Shown here: positions 44,143-53,720 of the stretch, piece after piece | Position numbering within the stretch: the first letter of the stretch is position 1 | How the letters are laid out: the number at the start of each line of letters is the position of its first letter | Source: a virus | Lineage: Duplodnaviria; Caudoviricetes | Virus record (IMG/VR): IMGVR_UViG_3300047551_002158 | DNA: 64,000 nucleotides | Direction: 5' to 3' (one strand) | Program-made: the position numbers and the translations under genes | The notes under the pieces: model-generated | Seen by the model: only the letters and a program-made list of their open reading frames with translations | Database searches by the model: none | Told to the model about the DNA's origin: nothing

Positions 44143-45504
44143 TTAGTAACCTACATTTAGGATTTGATCTGGACTTTCGTTGCCATATTCATCATCAAAT
44201 ACTGGTTCAAGTTCTTGGAACTGTAGAGAAATACTATAAGAAATCATAGATCTTTCATCTGGTTTTGAACCCATATATGTCATATATTGACCTTCTGGAG
44301 TATAGTCAACATTAAATCCAGTTAATGCACACTCTTTAAATTTATTTAAGTAAGGGTGTTGTTTGTTTGAAGTTAGATAAGAAATAGCAAAAGTATGTGG
44401 AGATTTGAGAAGAAGAGATGTTTTGCTTCTTTTAACTGACATTGCTTGTTTAAAGAAGCGAATAATTTTCATAATATTTTTTGCTTCTATAGGATTTCTT
44501 GGTGATAATTTAAATGTGAATGAAAAACTTCTGAGAGAAGGACTAGTAAAAAGTAATTCTAAGTTATTATTGAAGATCGAACCATACGCTCTTTGTTGTA
44601 ATTTATCACTGCCAACAGCAAAACTTGCTATTTTTCCAGCAAGGCCTTGCTGCAATTCTCCACTTTTTATTCCACCTGCTGCTTGTTCTCCTGCTTTAGT
44701 TACCGCACCCTCAGCTTCTTTTGCTCCTCCAACTACAAATCTTGAGGCAATATCTCCTGCAGCTTTTTGCAAATCATTTATAGTATCTTCTTGCCAACTG
44801 ACTTGGTTACTATCATTAATGCCAGCAGGAATTGGAAGAGTTATTGTGCCTAAAATTTCTTTTCCTATTGTTGGATTTCCTTTTGCATCAATTGTTACTG
44901 CTCTTGATACTCCAGAAGATGAACTTCCAGATGATCTAGAAGTTGCCGATGCTAGAGATGGTCTATATTTTAAAATTGAAAATTTAATACAGTCTTGATA
45001 TTTTACTGATAAATCTTCTGGGTATTTAACATCTCCATATTTAAGTCTTGTATTTTCTTTGAAAGAATTATTTTCTTCGTTAAATTCTTTCTTTGCTTTA
45101 TCATCAGCAGGTTTTCCACCCTCACCATCTTTTGCTTCTGGTTTTGTTGCTTGATTTGCTTTTCCTGCGGATTTATTTAAGGCTTCTTTTTGTTGTGCCG
45201 TTCCTCCAGTTGCTCCAAAAAAATCATCTTCCGTTGATTGAACTTGCTGCCTTCTAACTTGATTGAGTTGTGAATTTGGATCGGCAAGAAGTTGCTGCTC
45301 TTCTGCAGTTGCATTTGTTGTGTTTATTTCTGTAGAAGTTGTAGTACCCGCACCACCATATCCTGCTATGGGAACTTCATTTCCTCCATTCGCATCAGTT
45401 CTGAATAAAGTAGATCCATAAGTTCCATCGCCATTATCTACTACTTTTGTTCTATAGTAGTTATCTCCTACTTTGCTAGCATCACTTACTACAGATTGAG
45501 CCAT
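44143..45504 (-). CDS. gp48: Baseplate tail-tube cap gp48
   Basis: ITLPIP, ELLFTSPSLRSFSFTFKL.P, KECALT..VDYTP, FQELEP. Confidence 0.85.
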   Translation of the reverse strand: MAQSVVSDASKVGDNYYRTKVVDNGDGTYGSTLFRTDANGGNEVPIAGYGGAGTTTSTEINTTNATAEEQQLLADPNSQLNQVRRQQVQSTEDDFFGATGGTAQQKEALNKSAGKANQATKPEAKDGEGGKPADDKAKKEFNEENNSFKENTRLKYGDVKYPEDLSVKYQDCIKFSILKYRPSLASATSRSSGSSSSGVSRAVTIDAKGNPTIGKEILGTITLPIPAGINDSNQVSWQEDTINDLQKAAGDIASRFVVGGAKEAEGAVTKAGEQAAGGIKSGELQQGLAGKIASFAVGSDKLQQRAYGSIFNNNLELLFTSPSLRSFSFTFKLSPRNPIEAKNIMKIIRFFKQAMSVKRSKTSLLLKSPHTFAISYLTSNKQHPYLNKFKECALTGFNVDYTPEGQYMTYMGSKPDERSMISYSISLQFQELEPVFDDEYGNESPDQILNVGY

Positions 45505-45519
45505 TAGATACAGCGTTTT

Positions 45520-45906
45520 TTATTTATTTAGACGGAATTTTGCATAAGGTATGGAAAGCATTTCATCGAGTTCATCATATTCTACAACGTGAAGTTTGCC
45601 TGCAACTTCTTCCCAAGTATATTGTCTACCTTCTCTCCAATGAAAATTAATTGCCTTAAATCCCCACCTTTCTAAAGAAGTGCAAGCAATTAATGGGTGT
45701 TGATCGTATTCAATCTCAGGTGTCTTTGGATTGTAAATAAATGTATAAAACTTTCCTGGTTCTGGATATAATACTTCTTTTTTTAATACATCCATAATAA
45801 TAAGCATCAAGTCTTCTGGATCGTTTATATTTGCAGTATCAATTCTTTTCCTCAATTCTCGCATTCTTGGTGGAACGTTTGTGTATTTTCCAAAACCTTC
45901 TGCCAT
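45520..45906 (-). CDS. gp2: DNA end protector gp2-like protein
   Basis: PGKFYTFIYNPK, YDQHPLI, GFKAINFHW. Confidence 0.75.
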   Translation of the reverse strand: MAEGFGKYTNVPPRMRELRKRIDTANINDPEDLMLIIMDVLKKEVLYPEPGKFYTFIYNPKTPEIEYDQHPLIACTSLERWGFKAINFHWREGRQYTWEEVAGKLHVVEYDELDEMLSIPYAKFRLNK

Positions 45907-46349
45907 TATTTGATACCTAATTCATTTTCGGTGATTACTTTAAACTCTAACATTCTATCAGCACACCATTCTTTAGCAGCAGACCACTTTGCCTGATTGA
46001 CTGCATATGTTCTACATTCGTGCAAATATGATTTGGTCACTCTTGACTTTTGTTTTGGTGGGATTGTTTGTTTTTGTGGTTTAACTTCAATCACATATGT
46101 CTTAATATTTCCTGATTGTTCTTTAACTTTAATAAGATAATCTGGAAAGTATCTATGAACTCTACCATCAACTGGAGACACATAAGGAACGGAAAATTCT
46201 TCCGATGCCCAAGATATTATACTTGGGTTGTGATCGCACCAATAACAGAAACGCCTTTCCCAACTACTTCTGCAGATTATATTGTTGGCATCACCTTGAT
46301 ATTTTGCTGGATATGATGGTTTGTATTTACTCTTAATACTTTCTGCCAT
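45906..46349 (-). CDS. gp4: Head completion nuclease gp4
   Basis: RSSWERRF, WASEE..PY, HRYFPDY, IEVKP, VNQAKW. Confidence 0.9.
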   Translation of the reverse strand: MAESIKSKYKPSYPAKYQGDANNIICRSSWERRFCYWCDHNPSIISWASEEFSVPYVSPVDGRVHRYFPDYLIKVKEQSGNIKTYVIEVKPQKQTIPPKQKSRVTKSYLHECRTYAVNQAKWSAAKEWCADRMLEFKVITENELGIK

Positions 46350-46382
46350 TATCCTTACTACATAATATATACGCTCAAAAAG

Positions 46383-46390
46383 TATTTATA
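46383..46390 (-). promoter_or_regulatory. T4-type late promoter TATAAATA
   Basis: Perfect consensus upstream of gp4; related NTAAATA boxes at 39489, 45525 (minus), 47328, 56645, 58073, 60107 and 63878 precede late genes. Confidence 0.8.
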
Positions 46391-46391
46391 A

Positions 46392-47321
46392 ATGCCTAAG
46401 GCAAGAACTATAGCGGATATCAAATCGAAGTTATTGCATCCTGCACTGACTTCTCATTTTGAAGTAACCATTCCAGTTCCTACTGGATTGCAGGGTAGTG
46501 GTGGACAACAATATTTTGCAGCAAATGGAATTTCTCAATTTACTGGTATTAATCAAGATACCTTAAATCTTCTTTGTTGCGATACAGTTCTTCCTGGTTC
46601 TAATATTGGTACTATGGATATTACTGGTGATTACCACGGCGTCACTGTGAGACACGCAAATCGTAGAATTTATGATGATAGAATTGATATGACTTTTTAT
46701 GTTGATGCTGAAAATTATTTACCAATTAGATATTTTGAAACTTGGATAAAATATATTGTTGGCGAAAGTATGTCTGAAACTGGTAATAGACCAGGATCAA
46801 AAAAACCTAATTATTTTTATAGATTAAACTATCCAGATCTTTATATTGCAAAGCAAGGTCTATCTGTGACTAAGTTTGAAAGAACTGGATCCAAATCTTC
46901 TTATACTGGGAAAACCTTAACGTATCAATTTGTAAATGCTTTTCCAATTTCGATTACATCAATGCCCGTTTCTTATGAAACATCTTCATTATTAAAATGC
47001 ACTGTTTCATTTTCATATATTAGGTATTATGTGGAACCCACTTCATCAAATGATCCACCACCTGCAGATGGTAGTTCTGGAGAAAAATCTCCTGCAGTCG
47101 GAGATCCATCAAGTCCAGCAAATCAAGCAGCATTTAATAATCCTCAATTTACTGTCGCTTCAGATAATTTAAATTTACCTGGTCTTGAAGGTGCTGGAGC
47201 ATTAAATACTGGCGGAATACCTCAATCTGCAGCAAATGCTTCTGGTAATACTGTAAAAGGAGTAACCCAATCAGATCTTAATTCTGCTCTCGCTGCGGAG
47301 AGAGCATTATTGAATCGATAA
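46392..47321 (+). CDS. Baseplate tail-tube initiator (gp54/gp19-like)
   Basis: LLCCDTVLPG, TFYVD, FETWI, FVNAFPISI, CTVSFSY. Confidence 0.72.
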   Translation: MPKARTIADIKSKLLHPALTSHFEVTIPVPTGLQGSGGQQYFAANGISQFTGINQDTLNLLCCDTVLPGSNIGTMDITGDYHGVTVRHANRRIYDDRIDMTFYVDAENYLPIRYFETWIKYIVGESMSETGNRPGSKKPNYFYRLNYPDLYIAKQGLSVTKFERTGSKSSYTGKTLTYQFVNAFPISITSMPVSYETSSLLKCTVSFSYIRYYVEPTSSNDPPPADGSSGEKSPAVGDPSSPANQAAFNNPQFTVASDNLNLPGLEGAGALNTGGIPQSAANASGNTVKGVTQSDLNSALAAERALLNR

Positions 47322-47362
47322 TACCATCTAAATAATCACACCTGAATTTTCTATAAGACATT

Positions 47363-48082
47363 ATGCCTTTACCTAAGATTTCTACGCCGACTTATGAACT
47401 TGAATTGCCTTCAACTGGAAAGACAATTCGTTATAGACCCTTCTTAGTGAAGGAAGAAAAACTGTTAGTAATTGCTTTAGAGAGTGAAGATAATAAGCAA
47501 ATTACTAATGCTATTAAAGCAGTCATTAAGAACTGCATTTTAACAAAAGATATTAAAGTAGAAACTTTACCAACTTTCGATATTGAATATTTGTTCTTAA
47601 ATATTCGTGGAAAATCTGTTGGTGAAGAAGTAGAAGTTAATATTATTTGTCCTGATGATAATGAAACAAATGCTACAGTTAGTATCAATTTAGATGATAT
47701 TAAAGTTCAGAAGAACGAGGAGCATACAAATAAAATTAAAGTAGATGATAGTATTATGATGGAAATGAAATATCCATCACTTGAGCAATTTATTAAAACA
47801 AACTTTGATTTTAAAAATGAGAATGCTATGGACCAGTCTTTTGATCTGATTGCATCTTGTATTGATAAGATTTATACCGAGGATGAGGTATGGTCTACTG
47901 CAGATGTTACTAAAAAAGAACTGACTGAATTTTTAGATCAAATGAATTCATCTCAATTCAAGCAAATTGAGAAGTTCTTTGAAACAATGCCAAAACTGTC
48001 TCATAAGATTACTGTTAAAAATCCAAAAACGGAAGTGGAGAGTGAGGTTGTTCTCGAAGGGTTAGCGTCTTTTTTCGCATAG
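47363..48082 (+). CDS. gp26: Baseplate hub subunit gp26
   Basis: MPLPKISTPTYELELP, YRPFLVKEEK, FLNIRGKSVGE, LEGLASFF. Confidence 0.92.
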   Translation: MPLPKISTPTYELELPSTGKTIRYRPFLVKEEKLLVIALESEDNKQITNAIKAVIKNCILTKDIKVETLPTFDIEYLFLNIRGKSVGEEVEVNIICPDDNETNATVSINLDDIKVQKNEEHTNKIKVDDSIMMEMKYPSLEQFIKTNFDFKNENAMDQSFDLIASCIDKIYTEDEVWSTADVTKKELTEFLDQMNSSQFKQIEKFFETMPKLSHKITVKNPKTEVESEVVLEGLASFFA

Positions 48083-48084
48083 GA

Positions 48085-48267
48085 ATGGTCCATATGGACC
48101 TTGAAAACTATTTCAGATTGAACTTTGCTTTGATGCAGTACCATAAATATTCATTATGGGAAATTGAAAGTATGATGCCTTGGGAAAGAGACATTTATGT
48201 TGGTCTCCTGGAGCAACACCTTGAAGAAGAAAGAATGAAGCAACAACAGCAAAGTTCACAACTCTGA
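48085..48267 (+). CDS. gp51: Baseplate hub assembly catalyst gp51
   Basis: NFALMQYHKYSL.EIESMMPWERDIY. Confidence 0.88.
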   Translation: MVHMDLENYFRLNFALMQYHKYSLWEIESMMPWERDIYVGLLEQHLEEERMKQQQQSSQL

Positions 48268-48278
48268 AGTAAAGTAAG

Positions 48279-50648
48279 ATGGCAGTAAATCAGCAAAAAT
48301 TGATGGGCAGAACATCAACAGTTCAATCTGCTGCCATTGCTCCTCAACAACAACTTGTTGCTTCTCCTGCTGATACTGCACTTCTAAAAGATATATCAAA
48401 GTCCCTTACAAATATTATTCAACTTCTTTCTCAGCAGAATGTTCAAACAAAAAGAGATGCTGACGAAACAAGAAAAACGCAAGAAAGAAGTAGAAGACAA
48501 GGAATAGAAACTGGATTAGAGAAAACATTTGCAACAGTTAAGAATGTAGCAAGTGCAGTTGTTGCTCCTGTTAAGAGTATATTAGATCAAATTATACAGT
48601 TTTTTGTAACTGTATTCCTTGGTAGAGCACTTATATTATTGTTGAATTGGTTTGCTGACGAAAATAATAGAAGCAAGGTTCGCTCTATAATGAGGTTCCT
48701 GCAAGATTGGTGGCCTTCTCTTGTTGCTGGTTATATTTTATTTGGAACTGGATTTGGTAGAGTAGTAAGAAAAGTTGCTGGAGTTGCGATAGGAGCAACA
48801 GCAAGACTTGCTGTAATTGCTGCAAGACTTGTAAAAGCAATTGCAACTGGAAAAGGATTAAAAGGTGCTGCTGCGGCATTTTCTGGTGGTGGTAAACTTG
48901 GTGGATTAAAAGGTTTTGCTCTTAGAGGTGGTATTGCTGCGGCAGCAACAATTGGTACTGGATTTGCAATTAATAGAATGATGGGAGGTGGTGAAGAACA
49001 AGCACCGCAAATTAATGTTCCCGAAGCACCAGCAGTTCCTGCTCTTGGAGCATCTACTGGTGGATTAGCAAATTTAAAAGACTTATTTAATAATTCAACC
49101 TCTGGATTAAGTTCTAAGTTTAATCCTTTTACATCATTCTTCTCTTCTGGTGGTCTTGCAAGTTTGATGCAAGGAATGAATGGAGTTGTTTCTGGACCTA
49201 AAGGAATTGATAAAGTCCCTGCGATGCTTACTGATGGTGAGTTTGTTATGTCTCGTGGAGCAGTACAAAAGTTTGGAGTTAGCACTCTTCAATCTATGAA
49301 TGCTGCTGGTGGCGGAACAAATCAACCAAAAATTATTCGCGGTGTTCCTCACGCTGCTGGTGGTGGATTGATTGGTGGTGTTGATGAGTTGCGTCAGAAG
49401 TATGATGCAAAACACGGTGCAGGTACATATGATAAAGAAAGTGCAAGGAGAAGAGCATCTTTAGCACAAGAAGATGCTGCAGCGGAAGCAAAGAAAGGTA
49501 AAAAACCAACTTATGTTCAAAGTGATTATGTTAGACAATTAAAAGAAAGAGCAAGAACTCAAGGAAATACAAACTACACATCAGTAAATGGAATTAGAAT
49601 ACCTGGTGTTAAATTTGATCCAAAAATGCTTTCATCAAAACCAGGATCTATTTCGGGAGATCAGATAGCAAATAGTGCCTCATCAAAGGCTAAAAATCTT
49701 TTTGGATCTGTTAGTGCAGCAACTGGAATTGGTAGTGGAAAATTAACGGCAGAACAACAGAGAAGAATTAATGCAGATAATGCACAAAGAAACTCTATAA
49801 TGCAACAGAGGCAACAAAGAAGAGATGCTTCAAAAGAGGCAAGAGCAGAATATTTAAAGATTTTGAGAGATCAAAGTCATCCTCTTCACGATCAAGCTGC
49901 TTTTGGTAATTTAACTCTTAGTGAATTTAAGAAAAACTATAAACCAACAATTACTGCACCAACTACACCTGCAGCAACAGGTTCTAAACCTGGAATGGGA
50001 TATACTCCATATCAATCTAAATTTGCAGGTGCTCGTGATGCTGCATTTGCAAAAGCAAGAACAATGGGTGGTAGTCCTGCATTTAAATCACAAGATTATT
50101 ATAAAGCAAATACTGCTGCAAGAGAAAAGCAATTGAGTGGTCTTACTTCTCAGCAGAGATTGAATGCATTAAGTCTTGAAGGAAAAAATCCAAGAGGATC
50201 AAAAGGAAAAAGATTTGATGCTCAGTCAAAAGCACAATCTGCAGAAACTGCAAGTCGTGGTGGTATGATGGGGCAACTTGGAAGATCTTTCACTAAGATG
50301 TTTGGTAGTGAAAAAGATAAGGCAAGAGTAGTATCACAAGATAAAGCATCGGATGCAAGAGTGAAGCAAGCAGGTGCTGCTTCTATTGGACGCTATTATT
50401 CCTCATCTGATGGAAAGTATTATGCAAATTTTGCTGCGGCAAATAAAGCAAGGATCGCAAGACAAAAACCAAAAGCAAGAGGTATAACTCCTACACCTAA
50501 ACCAAAACCAAAAGTAGTAACAAAACCAATCGGATCTGGTAAGGGGGGTGGACTATCAAAACCAAGAGGAGGTAAACCTTCAACACCTAAATTTAATGCA
50601 TCTAGTGGATCTAATAGAAAGTCTGCGAATATTTACGGCATTAAGTGA
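48279..50648 (+). CDS. Tape-measure/hub-like protein 1
   Basis: Helical N-terminus, GPKGIDKVPAMLTDGEFVM motif, Lys/Ala-rich low-complexity C-terminus. Confidence 0.65.
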   Translation: MAVNQQKLMGRTSTVQSAAIAPQQQLVASPADTALLKDISKSLTNIIQLLSQQNVQTKRDADETRKTQERSRRQGIETGLEKTFATVKNVASAVVAPVKSILDQIIQFFVTVFLGRALILLLNWFADENNRSKVRSIMRFLQDWWPSLVAGYILFGTGFGRVVRKVAGVAIGATARLAVIAARLVKAIATGKGLKGAAAAFSGGGKLGGLKGFALRGGIAAAATIGTGFAINRMMGGGEEQAPQINVPEAPAVPALGASTGGLANLKDLFNNSTSGLSSKFNPFTSFFSSGGLASLMQGMNGVVSGPKGIDKVPAMLTDGEFVMSRGAVQKFGVSTLQSMNAAGGGTNQPKIIRGVPHAAGGGLIGGVDELRQKYDAKHGAGTYDKESARRRASLAQEDAAAEAKKGKKPTYVQSDYVRQLKERARTQGNTNYTSVNGIRIPGVKFDPKMLSSKPGSISGDQIANSASSKAKNLFGSVSAATGIGSGKLTAEQQRRINADNAQRNSIMQQRQQRRDASKEARAEYLKILRDQSHPLHDQAAFGNLTLSEFKKNYKPTITAPTTPAATGSKPGMGYTPYQSKFAGARDAAFAKARTMGGSPAFKSQDYYKANTAAREKQLSGLTSQQRLNALSLEGKNPRGSKGKRFDAQSKAQSAETASRGGMMGQLGRSFTKMFGSEKDKARVVSQDKASDARVKQAGAASIGRYYSSSDGKYYANFAAANKARIARQKPKARGITPTPKPKPKVVTKPIGSGKGGGLSKPRGGKPSTPKFNASSGSNRKSANIYGIK

Positions 50649-53600
50649 TGGCGAAAATAACTTCACCATTTACATTAACATTTAAGTCTCTCAAGAAGCA
50701 ATTTATTACAAAAGAGAAACTTGTCAAGTCCTCATTGGTTATTCAAAAAAAGAACATTGAGGATAAAAGAAAAAATTCAGAAAGAGAAAGTAGAATTAGT
50801 TATGAAAATAAATTAGAAAGAACTTTAAGTTTTCTTGGAAGACCTGTAAAAACTGTTGGAAAAAAACTTGGATTTCTTGATTCTATAAGACAATTTATAG
50901 TGAATGTGTTATTAGGTTTTATAGCAGTTCGTCTTTTGAAGTATCTTCCGCAATTGATGAATGTCTTTAAAGTTATGTTGAAAGTTGGTGACTTTATACT
51001 TGATATGAGCGGAAAGTTACTAAATGGATTGGTTACTTTTGTTGATAAAGGATATCAAGCTGCTGATAATGCAAGAAAGTTAGTTGGTAAAATTGGAGGA
51101 GAAAAGGCAATTAATGCTCTTGATGAAGCAAGCAATCAAACGAATTCTTTACTGAATTCAATTGCAATTGCTGGAATGTTGTTCAGTGATTTTGGTGGTA
51201 TTGGTATGGGTTCTATTGCTTCTGGGAAAGCAATAGATGCTGGAGTTGATATTATTGAAGATCAAGTAAAGAAACAAGCAGTTCAGCAAGCAGCAAATCA
51301 AGCAGCAAAGCAAGGTCTAAGAGCAGCAGTTGGTCCTATGGGTGCAACTGCAATTGTTATTGGGGCAGGATTGCTTGCATCTGCTGTGGGTGAAGGTGCT
51401 TTCCAGATTAAAAAACTTGGTAGAGGATTGCAGGGATGGATTGTTGGAAAACTAACAGAGTCTTCTCAAGATAAAAATCCTGTTACAAGATTTCTAAAGA
51501 AAGGATTTTTTGGTTGGATGAATGCAACACTTGGACCTGCGATATGGTTATTGAATGGAACAGGAGTTTTGTTTGATGTTGTTGGTGCCCCATTCAGATA
51601 TGGTATTGAATTAATTCGTGCCGCAGTTATGAAATTAAATGATGATCGTAAAGGTCTTGAGGAGCAGAATAAAAATCTTGGGAAGTTTGATGCAAGAGTT
51701 CGTGATGGTATTCGAGAACATTTTTCTGTACTTTCACCTTTGTTTAACCTTATGGGTATGAAAGGAGTTTCTCAAAAACTACAAACTCCAGGTTCTTTTG
51801 GAAGTCTTTATGGAGAAAAAGCGGCGAGAGATATTGGATATTATCGTGGAGGAGTGGTTAAGAAGTTTGCTGGTGGTGGATATACAAGAAGTGTTGGAGA
51901 TGAAAATAAAAAAGCAGAGATACCAAGAACTTTTAATGCTTCTATGGGTGGTATAGATCCTGGTTCTGCAGTCGGTGGATCCTTTGTGGTTACAAAAGTA
52001 TTTCCATACCAAGACAAAAATGGAGTAATGGATCAATATAGTTATTTAAAATCTTCTTATGGGGAGTTTGGGCAAGTGAATTCTTTGGGATCTTTAATGC
52101 AGTTGACTACAAAAGTTGTACTTGGGGATAAAATAACCGATAAAGATTATTCAAATATAGGTGATTCTTTATCTATCTTTTTATTGAATGGTATTAAAGA
52201 AGAAAATCCTCAAGCATTTAATCAAATAAGTTCTGTTTTAGGAACTGATAAATTGGGAGGTATTATTAAGGGAGAACTTGTAAAAATTTTAAACGACAAA
52301 TTTAATCAAATACAAGGTCAATTGAGGTTGCAGTTAGGATTAAAAGAACTAAAATCATCGGAGGGATTTTCTCCTACCAGTGAAGATTGTGCTTGTCCAG
52401 AATCTGATCAACAATTTGTTGCAACTGGAAATCAATATGAAAAAGCACTTTTGGAGACTATCTCTCAAGTTGAGGGAACATCAGGACCCGATGGATATAG
52501 AACAATGTTTGGTGGTGGAAAGTTTCAAGCACCTCCTTGGAGACATCCTGATACTGTTGTTAGATCTGGTGGTTATGCGTCAGCGGCTGCAGGTAAGTAT
52601 CAATTTATGCCAGGAACTTGGGCAAATGCAGCAAAAGCATTAGGTCTTTCTGATTTTTCTCCAGCTAATCAAGATAAAGCTGCTTTATGGTTAGCAAAGG
52701 GTCGTGGTGTTAATCCTTCTGCACAACTTACTGTTGCTGATTTTGAAAAGTTGGGTAGAGAGTGGGCTGGATTATCTCCGCATTATGGGCAAACTTCAAG
52801 AACGGCATCTCAGAGTTATAACATTTATCTCGAAAAACTTAAAAGTTCTGGAGCAACTTCCACTACTGCTAAAATTTCTCCAAGTTCTCCTGCTGCTAAT
52901 GTCTCTGATTGTGTTTGTGATCCTGAAGTTCCTGATGCTACTAATATTGGAGGTCAAGTCCAACCTGCGGGAGAGACTGCAGGAGCAACTGTTAGTGGAT
53001 ATCCAATTACTTCGAGGTTTGGATGGAGGTGGGGAAGAAATCACGGGGGTATTGATGTTGGTGCTCCTTCAGGAAAACCAATAGCAATTAGAGCACCTGG
53101 AGAAGTTGTATTTGCTGGATATGCTGGCGGATATGGAAATGTTGTTGATATTTGGGTTCCATCTTTACGACAGATGTTTAGAATGGCTCATATGAGAGAT
53201 ACTCCATCAGTAAAAACAGGACAAACAACTGCGGCTGGACAACTTCTTGGTTATGTTGGAAGTACTGGAAATTCAACAGGTCCTCACGTTCACTTCGAAT
53301 CTCACGATACCAAAACAACTGCGTATGGAAATAAAGATCCTATGCCCTATATAAACTATTTGACAATAGGTAGAGAGTATGGTGGTCCAACACTCTCTGG
53401 TGGCATTAGACTTCTTCACAAAGGTGAGTATGTGATTGATAAGGACTCCGTAGATTTGTTTGGTGGAATTCCATTCTTCAGTTTAATTAATAATGTTGAA
53501 AATGAAAGTCAAAGAGCACAAAAATCTTCTCAACTTATACAACATTTGAGTAAATATACCGGAAGAAAAATAGATCAAAGACCAGAGGTGATTGTTGAAA

Positions 53601-53716
53601 ATGATGAAGATACTGTAGTAATGTCTCCTCCAGTATATGTTCAATCACCTTCTTCCGGTTCTTATGGGGGAGAAACTCCTAATTATGAACAAGATATGTG
53701 CTATGCAAGAGGATAA
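50645..53716 (+). CDS. Tape-measure-like protein 2 with lambda-type lysozyme and M23 peptidase domains
   Basis: ISQVEG..YRTMFGG..AAGKYQF..QD (muramidase); HGGID..GYGN..HM..STGPHVHFE (M23). Confidence 0.8.
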   Translation: MMAKITSPFTLTFKSLKKQFITKEKLVKSSLVIQKKNIEDKRKNSERESRISYENKLERTLSFLGRPVKTVGKKLGFLDSIRQFIVNVLLGFIAVRLLKYLPQLMNVFKVMLKVGDFILDMSGKLLNGLVTFVDKGYQAADNARKLVGKIGGEKAINALDEASNQTNSLLNSIAIAGMLFSDFGGIGMGSIASGKAIDAGVDIIEDQVKKQAVQQAANQAAKQGLRAAVGPMGATAIVIGAGLLASAVGEGAFQIKKLGRGLQGWIVGKLTESSQDKNPVTRFLKKGFFGWMNATLGPAIWLLNGTGVLFDVVGAPFRYGIELIRAAVMKLNDDRKGLEEQNKNLGKFDARVRDGIREHFSVLSPLFNLMGMKGVSQKLQTPGSFGSLYGEKAARDIGYYRGGVVKKFAGGGYTRSVGDENKKAEIPRTFNASMGGIDPGSAVGGSFVVTKVFPYQDKNGVMDQYSYLKSSYGEFGQVNSLGSLMQLTTKVVLGDKITDKDYSNIGDSLSIFLLNGIKEENPQAFNQISSVLGTDKLGGIIKGELVKILNDKFNQIQGQLRLQLGLKELKSSEGFSPTSEDCACPESDQQFVATGNQYEKALLETISQVEGTSGPDGYRTMFGGGKFQAPPWRHPDTVVRSGGYASAAAGKYQFMPGTWANAAKALGLSDFSPANQDKAALWLAKGRGVNPSAQLTVADFEKLGREWAGLSPHYGQTSRTASQSYNIYLEKLKSSGATSTTAKISPSSPAANVSDCVCDPEVPDATNIGGQVQPAGETAGATVSGYPITSRFGWRWGRNHGGIDVGAPSGKPIAIRAPGEVVFAGYAGGYGNVVDIWVPSLRQMFRMAHMRDTPSVKTGQTTAAGQLLGYVGSTGNSTGPHVHFESHDTKTTAYGNKDPMPYINYLTIGREYGGPTLSGGIRLLHKGEYVIDKDSVDLFGGIPFFSLINNVENESQRAQKSSQLIQHLSKYTGRKIDQRPEVIVENDEDTVVMSPPVYVQSPSSGSYGGETPNYEQDMCYARG

Positions 53717-53720
53717 GTAA